Positions 20,724-31,780 of a stretch of DNA of 64,000 bases are shown piece by piece. Under the pieces are notes generated by a model. That model was not told where the DNA came from. It was given only the letters and a program-made list of their open reading frames with translations, and did no database searches. The position numbers and the translations under genes were made by a program. Within the stretch, counting starts at the first letter, position 1; each line of letters begins with the position of its first letter. This DNA is from an uncultured Chloroflexia bacterium (lineage in GTDB: Bacteria > Chloroflexota > Limnocylindria > Limnocylindrales > CSP1-4), in assembly GCA_963795645.1 (NCBI GenBank), contig CAWCIK010000009.1, positions 50,125 to 114,124 on the forward strand, in the 5' to 3' direction.

Positions 20724-20850
20724 CGCACAAACAGGTACTTGAAAGTGCTTGCGCGCCCGGCGCACGGAAGCGACACCCGCCCGCTAGCGTATGCAGCAGC
20801 AGCGCTGCCGCGGCGTCGTCCGTGGATGCGCGCATCGAAGAGGGAAATGG

Positions 20851-21207
20851 ATGAACTTCTGGGATTTCTTCTGGTCGCTGATCGTTATCTACTTCTTGTT
20901 CATGCTGATCTGGATCTTCATCCGGATCTTTGCCGACATCTTCCATCGGCGCGACCTCTCCAACGGTTGGAAAGTCGCGTGGATCGTGATCCTGGTGCTG
21001 ATCCCGTTCCTTGGAGCGCTGATCTACCTGCTGACTCGCAAGCCGACCGAGCAGGACAAGGAAGAGATGGCGCAGGCTCAGCAGATGCAGCAACGTGCCA
21101 CGGGCTATTCGGCTGCTGACGAGATCGCGAAGCTCGAGCAGCTCAAGGCGTCCGGGGCGATCAGCCAGGAGGAGTTCGACGCGGCCAAGGCGCGCGCGCT
21201 GGCCTGA
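20851..21207 (+). CDS. PLDc_N plus SHOCT domain membrane protein
   Basis: IFADIFHRRDLSNGWKVAW..LIPFLGALIYL; C-terminal ADEIAKLEQLKASGAISQEEFDAAKARAL. Confidence 0.88.
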   Translation: MNFWDFFWSLIVIYFLFMLIWIFIRIFADIFHRRDLSNGWKVAWIVILVLIPFLGALIYLLTRKPTEQDKEEMAQAQQMQQRATGYSAADEIAKLEQLKASGAISQEEFDAAKARALA

Positions 21208-21230
21208 CCGAGATTCGATAGGCAATGAGG

Positions 21231-21261
21231 GAGCCGGGTCGTCAGTGACCCGGCTCTTTTT
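21231..21261 (+). terminator. Intrinsic terminator
   Basis: GAGCCGGGTC / GACCCGGCTC stem followed by TTTTT, between convergent genes. Confidence 0.85.
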
Positions 21262-22061
21262 CATGCCTGGCGAGCAGCGGTCCGGCTCAAGTCCTCGTAC
21301 TCGTCGTCGCTGAGCTCGATATCAAGCGCCGCGACGTTCTCGAGCACGTGCGCTGACGACAGCGTGCCGGGAATCGGCAGCATCTGCGGTGAGCGGTGGA
21401 GCAGCCAGGAGATGGCGATCTGGGAGCGCGTCGCGCCGTGAACGCTCGCGACGCGCTCGAGATCGGGGTGGTCGCCGCGAAGTGGAAAGTACGGCACGAA
21501 GCAGATGGACTCGTGCATGCAGTATTCAACGACGTCGTCCCAGCCACGCTCGGAGAGGTTGTATTGACTCTGGACGGCGACGATCGGGACGATTTCGCGG
21601 GCACGCTCGATCTGTTCGATGCTTACCTGCGACAGGCCGACGTCGCGTATGTGGCCACGGGCGCGGAACTCGGCGATCACGGCGACGCTGTCTTCGATGG
21701 CCGTGTCCGGATCAACCCGGTGCAGGTAGTAGAGGTCGATCTGGTCCGTGCGCAGGGAGCGCAGGCTCTTCTCGATCTGGCCGCGCAGCACTTCAGGACG
21801 CCCCTCCCCGCGTGCGAAGCCGCCCTTGGTCGCCACGACAGGGCGACTGCCCTCAAACCCTGAGCCAAATGCCTCGCCGATCGCGCGCTCGCTCGATCCG
21901 CCCGTGTACAGGTGTGCTGTGTCGATCATGCCGATACCGGCTGCTACCGCCTCACGCACATGCGCGACGTTGTCCGGGGTCGGCGTCAGGCGGTTGGTGC
22001 CCAGCCCGACGCGCGTTACGTCCCTCCCGCCAAGACGCACCGTGCGTTTGATGGCTGCCAT
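21261..22061 (-). CDS. Aldo/keto reductase
   Basis: IDTAHLY, ATKGG, SLRSLRTDQIDLYYLHRVDP, VQSQYNL, PIPGT. Confidence 0.92.
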   Translation of the reverse strand: MAAIKRTVRLGGRDVTRVGLGTNRLTPTPDNVAHVREAVAAGIGMIDTAHLYTGGSSERAIGEAFGSGFEGSRPVVATKGGFARGEGRPEVLRGQIEKSLRSLRTDQIDLYYLHRVDPDTAIEDSVAVIAEFRARGHIRDVGLSQVSIEQIERAREIVPIVAVQSQYNLSERGWDDVVEYCMHESICFVPYFPLRGDHPDLERVASVHGATRSQIAISWLLHRSPQMLPIPGTLSSAHVLENVAALDIELSDDEYEDLSRTAARQA

Positions 22062-22062
22062 C

Positions 22063-22512
22063 TCAGCGGGGCTTTCCTTCGCGCAGGACTGCGATCGACT
22101 TGTCGATGCGTCGCTGACGCGTCTCCGGTGATTTCGCGCCCAAGACCTGGGCCACGTGGTAGCCCTTCATGCTGTTCGACAGTCGCTCGAACGTGTCGCG
22201 GGCGCGGGGCTCAGCGTCCAGCGCGGCGCGCAGGTCCGAGGGCACCTCCACGACGCGCGGTGCCGTGTCGAGCACGATGTCCACGTCCACCTCGTCGCCG
22301 CCGGAGATACCCGACGCGGACCGGTGCGCGGCGCTGAAGCCGACCATCGACCTTCCGTCGACGGTGGCGACCGTGCTCCGATACGAGTAGCCGTTGACTG
22401 TCACGCTGACGGGCGGCTTCTTGCCCGCACCAATAGCGGCCACGATTTCGTCAGGTATATCGATACCGGTCGCGTTGATGCCCGAGTGCCTGATCACGGT
22501 ACGAAACTTCAT
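22063..22512 (-). CDS. DUF1905 plus YdeI/OmpD-associated domain protein
   Basis: KKPPVSVTVNGYSYRSTV, PRVVEVPSDL, AKSPETRQRRIDK. Confidence 0.85.
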   Translation of the reverse strand: MKFRTVIRHSGINATGIDIPDEIVAAIGAGKKPPVSVTVNGYSYRSTVATVDGRSMVGFSAAHRSASGISGGDEVDVDIVLDTAPRVVEVPSDLRAALDAEPRARDTFERLSNSMKGYHVAQVLGAKSPETRQRRIDKSIAVLREGKPR

Positions 22513-22584
22513 AGCGGCAATCGTACGGGCTGTTTTCGCGGACGGTCGGTCAGATAATTGATCAATCGAATGGAGGAGTTTCGA

Positions 22585-23193
22585 ATGAATCGTGGTACGC
22601 CAAGACGCTACCGACTGAGTGCTTTGCTGGCGGTCGCCGGCGCGGCCCTGTTTGCGACCTCAGGCGTGGCATTTGCGGATACGGAGACTGGCCAGATTGG
22701 CCACTATGTCTTCAAGGACGACGCGACGAAGTACGGTGCGACGTGCGTCTATTCCGGCTCGGGTCCGTACAAGCTCACTCAGATCATCGTCAAAGCACCT
22801 TGGCTGTGGTGGCCGGATACGAATTCGGACAACAACAGGGAGCACGGCAAGGTCGGCTGGCAGCTCTCGGTCCAGATCGCAAAGGCCGGAGCTTACGGGC
22901 CGTGGCACACGCTGTACATGGCGCCGACCCAGGTCAAGACCGCGCACGAAGATCAGCCGCCGTACGACAAGGCCGATCGAGCCAGGCTGCCCAAGATGAC
23001 GCTGAACATCAACGGCGGGTACAAGCACAAGCCGAATGCCTACGCCAGGGTTGCGCACGATGCGTTCTGGTATGCGAGCAACGGCTCGACGATGGGCACC
23101 GTCACTCACGAGCAGTTCTACTACAAGTGGCAGAACGTTCCCGGCCAGACGGGCTCAACGGGCGCTTGCCCGATTCACTACTCGGTCGTCTGA
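22585..23193 (+). CDS. Secreted hypothetical protein
   Basis: GGAGG SD, signal peptide ending VAFA, aromatic-rich beta-type mature region with two Cys, own terminator. Confidence 0.75.
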   Translation: MNRGTPRRYRLSALLAVAGAALFATSGVAFADTETGQIGHYVFKDDATKYGATCVYSGSGPYKLTQIIVKAPWLWWPDTNSDNNREHGKVGWQLSVQIAKAGAYGPWHTLYMAPTQVKTAHEDQPPYDKADRARLPKMTLNINGGYKHKPNAYARVAHDAFWYASNGSTMGTVTHEQFYYKWQNVPGQTGSTGACPIHYSVV

Positions 23194-23211
23194 GGCCGAC
23201 GCAACAGATGC

Positions 23212-23245
23212 CAGAAGCCCCGAGGCTCTTGCCTCGGGGCTTCTG
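23212..23245. terminator. Bidirectional hairpin terminator
   Basis: CAGAAGCCCCGAGGC / GCCTCGGGGCTTCTG perfect stem between convergent genes. Confidence 0.85.
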
Positions 23246-23263
23246 CTTTGTTGCGGCCCGGGA

Positions 23264-24911
<1,648 letters not shown>

Positions 24912-24973
24912 GTCAGGCCGTTACCTCCCGCTGCGCCGGCCGCGGCCGGCGGCTGCGTTGTCGTCGTTCTGGC

Positions 24974-26889
24974 TTAGAACTGTCGTGTCAGGTCGCTTGT
25001 CGATCGAGATCGAGGCGGCGCTGTCTTGAGATCCATTACCTCGCGCAGCAGGCTGTCCGCCGCTGGCCGGTCGCCGGCCGCCTCCGCCTCGCGAATATCG
25101 AATTCCTTGGCGCCGATCTCCTCGTCGAGCCGATTGCGGCGCAGGGTGAGCAGGCTCTGGTCGAGCGCCTGGCGCAGAGCCACCTCGTCATCGGGCAGCG
25201 GCTCGAGGTCGGCGAACATCGTGCGCACAACGCCGGCCAGCGTTGCGATCGAGCGAGTCGACGAAGGCCTGGCGGTCGAAGCCGCCGATGGGTTGACTGC
25301 GCAGCCGGAGCCAGATCTCGCGCGCGGGTGTGCTGACGAACTCGACTCGTCTTCGCCGTTGGCGCCTTCCAACCCGGTGCGCAGATAGGGCCGCAGGAGC
25401 ACCAGCCGAAGCAGGCTGAACTCGGCCTTGCGGATCAGCCGTGCCGACCGATTCTGGGGTCGAGCGCGTCCGGGCTCGATAGCACGGCTTCGAGATTGAT
25501 CTTCGAGCCGACATGCGCCTCCGACGGCCGACCGACCACCTTGGCCACTGCTCCGGCCGGCGCAGCTCCTCCAGCAGCACGCGCTCCTCGACCCCGCTGC
25601 GGCGCGCCAGGAGCTGCAGGTAGCCATCGCGCTGGGTCGGGTTGGTCACGCGGCGGATGGTCGGCATGACCGCGGCGACGAGCTTCTCGCGCCCCGCCAG
25701 CGTGCGCGGATCGTGGCGCTTGGCGAAGTGTGTCGATCAGGTATTCGACGATCGGCTGCGGGCTCGCTCGTCAGCCTGACGCCAGGCTGTCCGGATCGTC
25801 GCGCATGACCTCGTCCGGGTCGCGCTTGTCGGGCAGGCGCACGACGCCGACATCGGTCAGCCGGCCCTTGTGCGCGCTGCGCTCGATCTCGCCGACGAAC
25901 GCCGACAGCTCCGTCGCGCCGAAGGTCGCCGCGCCCTGGCCTGCCGCATCCACGTCGTAGGCCATCGCGATGCGCGGCGCGTAACGCGTCACGAGCTCGA
26001 TCTGCGCTGCGGTCAGCGCCGTGCCGAGCGTGCCGACGACGTTCTCGAAGCCCTGCTGATGGGCCATCAGCGCGTCCGTGTTGCCTTCGACCAGGACGGC
26101 GATGCCGCCTTGCGGATGGCGCCCTTGGCGCGGTCGATCAGGTACAGCGTGCGGCTCTTGTCGAACAGCAGCGTGGCCGGCGAGTTGAGGTACTTGGGTC
26201 CGCGGTCGCGGCTGTCTTCGCCTCGCTGCTCGCTGCCGACGATGCGTCCGCCCAGGCCCGTCGCGTTGCCGGATGCGTCGCGGATCGGAAAGATGATCCG
26301 GCCGCGGAAGCGGTCGTATGCGCCGCGCCTGCCCTGCCGCTGGGTGACCAGGCCGGCCGCCTCGAGTTCATCGAGCGTGGAAGTCGCGCTTCTCGACCAG
26401 CGCGCGTGAGAGCGTGTCCCACGCGTCGACCGCGTAGCCCAGCAGATGGGTCGAGATCGTCTCGTCGGTGAAGCCGCGGCGCGCAGGTAGTCGAGCGCCG
26501 GCTGGCCGTGGTGGCTTTCGGTCAGGACGCGGTGGTAGAAAGCGATCGCGCCGTCGAGCACCTCGCGCAGGCGCTTGCGCCGCGCGTCCTCGCGGCTCGT
26601 TCGCTCGCTGAGCTCCACCCCGGCGCGCTGCCGCGAGCCGGCGCAGCGCCTCCGGGAAGTCGATCGAGTCACGCTCCATGACGAAGTTGAACAGGTCGCC
26701 GCCTCGACCGCAGCCAAAGCACTTCCAGCTCTCGCGCGCCGGCGTGACCGTGAACGAAGGCGTCTTCTCGCCGTGGAACGGGCACAGTCCCTTGTACGAC
26801 GCGCCTGCCTTGCGCAGCTGCACGGTCTCGCCGATCAGATCGACGAGGTTGATCTTCTGCTTGATTTCTGCGGCAGCGCCGACTGACGT
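24974..26889 (-). CDS. dnaG: DNA primase (multiple apparent sequencing frameshifts)
   Basis: CPFHGEKTPSF..CFGC zinc finger, YDRFRGRIIFPI, PKYLNSP, TOPRIM DVDAAG and DPDE; upstream of rpoD. Confidence 0.93.
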
Positions 26890-26971
26890 GGGTGTGACCT
26901 CCGATTGCGCGTCTCGACTCCAAGAGACGGCTGTGCACGGCGAAGTGCGTCTTGTCCCGGACACACGTATG

Positions 26972-27039
26972 GCCTTGTCAAGACTTGACAAGGCTTCCGG
27001 ACGCCAGATTTTACCCCTTGACAAAGGGCTTGACAAGCC
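26972..27039. promoter_or_regulatory. Array of four CTTGWCAAG palindromes between dnaG and the PAS-EAL gene
   Basis: CTTGTCAAG 26974, CTTGACAAG 26984, CTTGACAAA 27017, CTTGACAAG 27029; the first two form a 23-bp inverted repeat. Confidence 0.6.
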
Positions 27040-27222
27040 TCGCCGTGGAACAGGCGCTGCAAGGCTGAATCGTTCCTTGTCGGCACTGCGTCGCCTCGTT
27101 CGCTGCCGAATGATGCGCGCATACCGGACGTTTGATACCTCGCGCATGACCTCAATGAGGACGAGGCTCAACTCCAGTAAGCCGTGCCGGCAGTCCGCGT
27201 TACCGTCGGCCAGAAGCGAGCA

Positions 27223-29884
27223 ATGAACTCTGCAGCCACCCGCACCATGCCAGCCGAGGGATCGCCTCTGCTGCGCGCGCTAGTCGAACCACGACGCCTG
27301 ACCTCCGGCGTCGCTTTGCTGGGTTACGCCGGCGTGGCTATCTTCTTGCTCGCGCTCGCGCGCGTCGACCTGCTGGTAGTGGCCGGCACCGCCGGCGCGC
27401 TCGGGATCCTGCTCCTTCTGATCCTGAGCCTGCGCAGGGCCTTGCGCGCCGAGCGAGGCAGGGTCGCGCTGCTGGCCGAAGCCGCGGATCCCTTCACAGT
27501 GGTCACGCCCACCGGCCAGCTGCTCTACTCCAACCCTGCTGCCCAGAGGATCCTCGGCGGCGGCGATGAGGACTTCACCGGGCAGAACCTGGACTCGGTC
27601 CTCGGCATGATTCACCCAGTCGACCTGGAGGCGACGCTGGGTCGGCTGGCCGAGGTGATGTCGGTCCCGGACGCGGTCGCAAACCACGACGTGCGGGTAC
27701 GGCACGCCGATGGTTCGTACCGATGGTTGCGCGTGGCCGCGGCCAATCGGGTCAGCGATCCGTCAATTGGCGGCATCGTCTTCAACTTCCAGGACGTCAC
27801 CGCAGAACACGACGCCGAAGAGCGGCTCACTTTCCAGTCAGCCGTTCTGGCAAACGTCGCCGACGCGGTCATCGTGACCGATCCCGAAGGAATGATCAGG
27901 TATTGGAACCAAGGCGCCGCCAGGGTTATCGGCTACACCGCCGACGAGGTCACGGGTTGCTCGGTCGACACCCTGGGGCCGGTTCTCGCGGCTCATTTGA
28001 AGGAACGCGATCTCGTGCAGCTGATCAGTCCCGGAGAGCACCTCGACCAATGGTCCGTCCCACGCCGCGACGGCACGCAGGCCATTTTGCGCGTCAGCAC
28101 GACGGTGATGCGCGGGGACGACGGCCGGAGCATCGCGATTGTTGACACCGCCAGTGACGTGACTGAACGTTTTCACAGCCGCGAAACCCTGACCAGGCTG
28201 CGCAACGCGATCGAGCAGTCCTCCGAGGCCGTGGTGATCACCAACGCCCGCGCTGAGATCGAGTACGTCAATCCAGCTTTCGAACGGATCTCGGGCTACT
28301 CGGACGCCGAGGTGATCGGCGAGAATCCTCGGCTGCTCCAGGGCGGACAGCGCAAGCCCTCCTATTACGAGACCATGTGGGCTTCGTTGGCTGCCGGCCG
28401 GCCCTGGGTCGGCGACTTCGTAAACCGACGCAAGGACGGCTCGCTCTACGAAGCCTCGGCTGTCATTTCGCCGATCCGGGACGATCACGGGGCTGATCTC
28501 AGGCTACGTCGCTGTCAGCCGCGACGTCTCGGCCGAAAGGCGCAACGAGGAGTACGCGGCGCGTCTGGCCCGCGAGAGGGCGCTGATCGCGCAGGCGATC
28601 CGAACCATCGACACGCGGGCGACGCCGCATGAGATGGCCCAATCGCTGTGTATGAACGTGACGAGACTGAGCGGCCTGGCAATGGCGGCGATGTTCTTCT
28701 TCGAGCACGACGGCACGGCAACGCCGGCAGGATTCACAATCGCAGACGGAAGGGAGGCGCCACTCAGGCGAATCCCGCGCAAGCGAGCCAGCTACCTCCG
28801 GGATCAGGGCAAGCGCGGGCCCTGGATCGAGCACTGGCAGCCTATCGCCGGCCATCCATACGCCAAGCTGCTTGGAGATCTGAAGATCAAGGCCCACGCC
28901 TATGCACCCATCCGCGACGGCGCGGAGGTGATCGGCATCCTGGTAGTGGGTGCCGGCGGCGACGCCGAACAGTCGCTCAGCGCCGCGCTACCGGCACTGA
29001 TCGAGTTCGCCACGATCAGCGGCACCATGATCGGTCCCAAAGTGGCGGCCTTGTCTGAGATCTCGGCCGCGCGCGCCAACCTGACGGCAATCATCGCCAG
29101 CCAGCGGTTCCATGCGGTCTTCCAGCCGATCGTCGACATCGAGACCATGGCAGTGATGGGCTATGAGGGTCTGACCCGTTTCGATGACGGCGTCCCGCCC
29201 GAGTCCCGCTTCGCACAAGCGGCCGATCTGGGCATGTCGGCCGAGCTCGAGATCGCAGCTATCCAATCCGTGCTGGCGGCCGCACGTGATCTGCCGACCG
29301 ACGGCTGGCTGAATATCAATGCGTCTTCGGATGTCGTGATCAACACCCCAAGCCTGAGGGCACTCCTCAGGCACGAGACCCGCTCGTTGGTCCTGGAGGT
29401 CACCGAGCACGAGGCCATCGCCGACTACGCGCTACTGCGAGCTGCACTCGACCGCGTGGGGGCGGATGTCCGTCTTGCCATCGACGATGCCGGCTCGGGC
29501 TACGCGAGCATGCGCCACATCATCGAGTTGCAGCCGTCCTTCGTGAAGATCGACCGAACGCTGATCACGGGTATCGACAAGGACCCGGCGCGACGGGCAC
29601 TGGTGGCTGCCATGCGCAGCTTCGCGCGCACCTCGGGCTTCTGGCTGATTGCCGAAGGAGTCGAGACCGAAGAGGAGCTCGCTACCCTGCGCGGACTCGA
29701 GATCCGATACGCTCAGGGCTACCTGTTGGGTCTTCCCCAGCGAGCTCAGGTCGGCGCTGCGAGCGATACGCCAGTCGAGACGTCTGCCTCGAGCCCAGAG
29801 ATCCCGAATCATGCAGCGCTTCCTTTCACTGCAGCGCTCCCCGTCAGCGCAACGATCCCGGTTCAGGGGTCAGCGGACCGATAG
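27223..29884 (+). CDS. Membrane-anchored PAS-PAS-PAS-GAF-like-EAL c-di-GMP phosphodiesterase (frameshift near 28497)
   Basis: Two TM helices, PAS motifs (IHPVD, YWNQGAA, YVNPAFERISGY), then FQPIVD..GYEGLTRF, LEVTE, AIDDAGSGY, VKIDR, AEGVE, QGY; no GGDEF. Confidence 0.88.
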
Positions 29885-29890
29885 GTAGCC

Positions 29891-30658
29891 GTGACACAGG
29901 ATCCATCCACCACGCGTTGGGACAGTCGGCCCTCGCAGTCCAAAGGATCGTCCGACGACAATCGACACATGACGGTTATCGACGCGACAGCTGCGCGCTC
30001 GCTTCTGGACGAGATCGGGTTCCTGCTCGTGCCCGGGCCGCCGGTGACGCGCGGCCACGCCTACCTGCTCGTCGCTGTTCGCGCGAAGCCGACGCTTGAC
30101 CACTTCGACCCCGAACGAATCGACCTGTGGCAGACCGAGGACGGTCACGGCCAGTCTGCGTCGATCGAGTGGGCGACGCGCGAGCCGGATTTCGGCGATT
30201 TCTCATGGGGCGAGGTTCGAGTCGTCGACCGCCTCAACGTGGACAACGAGTTCGCGTCGTTCGGTGGACGTCTCGAGGTTGCCCGACTCGATGGCGTCAA
30301 GGTCTGCGTGTTCAGCTCTGAGGCCCCGATCGTCGCCCGCGGCGGTCACTCGCAGTCGTGGGGTTTCGGCGCCCAGGAGATCGTCGCCTACCTTGCACGC
30401 CTGCGCGCCGCCTCTGACCCGCGCTCGACACTCGAGATGCAGATCGCAAAGCTCTCGCCCACCGCACGCTACGCGTCGTTTGTGTCAGATCGACTGGCGA
30501 GCTCCAATCGCAGCGAGCGAATCGGATGGAGTCGGGCCGATCGGCAGATATTGCTTCGCGAAGCACGTCGCCTGCGCGATGAATCGCCGGGCGAATGGAA
30601 GGCCGGCGTAGACATGGCCTGCGATTTGAACAGCGCCGCGACGATCGTCCGCGGCTGA
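29891..30658 (+). CDS. Hypothetical protein (255 aa)
   Basis: Long ORF with globular composition directly after the EAL gene; no motif recognised. Confidence 0.65.
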   Translation: MTQDPSTTRWDSRPSQSKGSSDDNRHMTVIDATAARSLLDEIGFLLVPGPPVTRGHAYLLVAVRAKPTLDHFDPERIDLWQTEDGHGQSASIEWATREPDFGDFSWGEVRVVDRLNVDNEFASFGGRLEVARLDGVKVCVFSSEAPIVARGGHSQSWGFGAQEIVAYLARLRAASDPRSTLEMQIAKLSPTARYASFVSDRLASSNRSERIGWSRADRQILLREARRLRDESPGEWKAGVDMACDLNSAATIVRG

Positions 30659-30666
30659 CATTCGCA

Positions 30667-30684
30667 TAGAGCGTCCGTAGAGCG
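30667..30684 (+). promoter_or_regulatory. SARP-type heptamer direct repeat
   Basis: TAGAGCG-N4-TAGAGCG (11-bp period) about 90 bp upstream of the lipoprotein gene that adjoins a SARP regulator. Confidence 0.5.
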
Positions 30685-30773
30685 CAGCCCGACAACCTCT
30701 CGCCTACCGCGGGCACACAAGACCGCGGACGGCCGTTGTGCCGGGGCTACGACGTTCTTATGGAGGCTCAACA

Positions 30774-31685
30774 ATGCTCGATTCTCGACGAGTTGCGCGC
30801 GCGTTGGTAGTGGCCCTCCCCTTCGCTCTCCTCGTCGGTGCGTGCGCAGCGACGGGAGGCGGCGATTCGGGCGCTTCATCGACGCCGACAACGGCGACCA
30901 ATGCTCCACCTAGCGCGGCACATACCCCAGCCCCGGTCACGGTGCCACCGGCCAGCGCGGCGCCGGCCAGCGCGGCGCCAGCCAGCGCGGCGCCGTCGCC
31001 GGGTGCTTCGGGTCCTTCATTGAGCGTGACATCGTCCGTCGGCGACGGACCGCTGACCGATCCAGTTGAGTGGATCGCCACGGTGGCCGGCGTCCCGTCG
31101 AATGATTTCGTCGACCACGTCGACTTCCTGATCGACGGGTCTGTCCTCTGGACCGAGCACAATCCGCCGTACCAGTTCAACGACGATGGCAACCTGCTCC
31201 TTCCCTGGCTGCTTGCGTCAGGCACGCACGATCTCGGAATCGAGGCGGTTGCGGCATCAGGGCAGACTGCGAAGACGGACTCATCCGTCACGACGAGCAG
31301 TCAAGCCGTTCCGGCCGATCTGTCGGGCAAGGCCTTCTCGCGAGTGCTGAGTGGTGGGACCTGCCCATCCCCAGGCGGGTCTCAGTGCACGACGCCAAAG
31401 CGGCTGGCGGAGATCACCTTCGGTGGCAATGGAATCATCTCGGTGGCCAACCCTGGCGGGAGCACGAACGAAGGCTTCAAGGCGACGCCCGATGGCCGGC
31501 TGACCCTCTACGGACCTGCGTTCTGGGTGCACGAGCCAGATTGGGGGTTCTGCGACATCGCGGAGGGCGTCGCTGAGCTGACCTGGGCTGTTGAAGGCTC
31601 AGATCTGACCATTGCCGGGGCGCAGACCGACCCTTGCGCAGCCCGCTCGTCCCTCTTCGAAGGCGTTTGGCAGGCCGCACCGTGA
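30774..31685 (+). CDS. Lipoprotein with P/A/S/T linker, Ig-like domain and Cys-containing C-terminal domain
   Basis: GGAGG SD; lipobox LVGAC; PASAA x3 linker; VDFLIDG...E..PPYQF Ig-like pattern. Confidence 0.8.
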   Translation: MLDSRRVARALVVALPFALLVGACAATGGGDSGASSTPTTATNAPPSAAHTPAPVTVPPASAAPASAAPASAAPSPGASGPSLSVTSSVGDGPLTDPVEWIATVAGVPSNDFVDHVDFLIDGSVLWTEHNPPYQFNDDGNLLLPWLLASGTHDLGIEAVAASGQTAKTDSSVTTSSQAVPADLSGKAFSRVLSGGTCPSPGGSQCTTPKRLAEITFGGNGIISVANPGGSTNEGFKATPDGRLTLYGPAFWVHEPDWGFCDIAEGVAELTWAVEGSDLTIAGAQTDPCAARSSLFEGVWQAAP

Positions 31686-31780
31686 CCGGGTGAAAGATGT
31701 TCGGGCTGGCTTCCACGCCCCTTGACCCATTGCCGGGCAGGACGCACGATCGGTAATGTGAGTCCTGCCGCAAGACTCAA

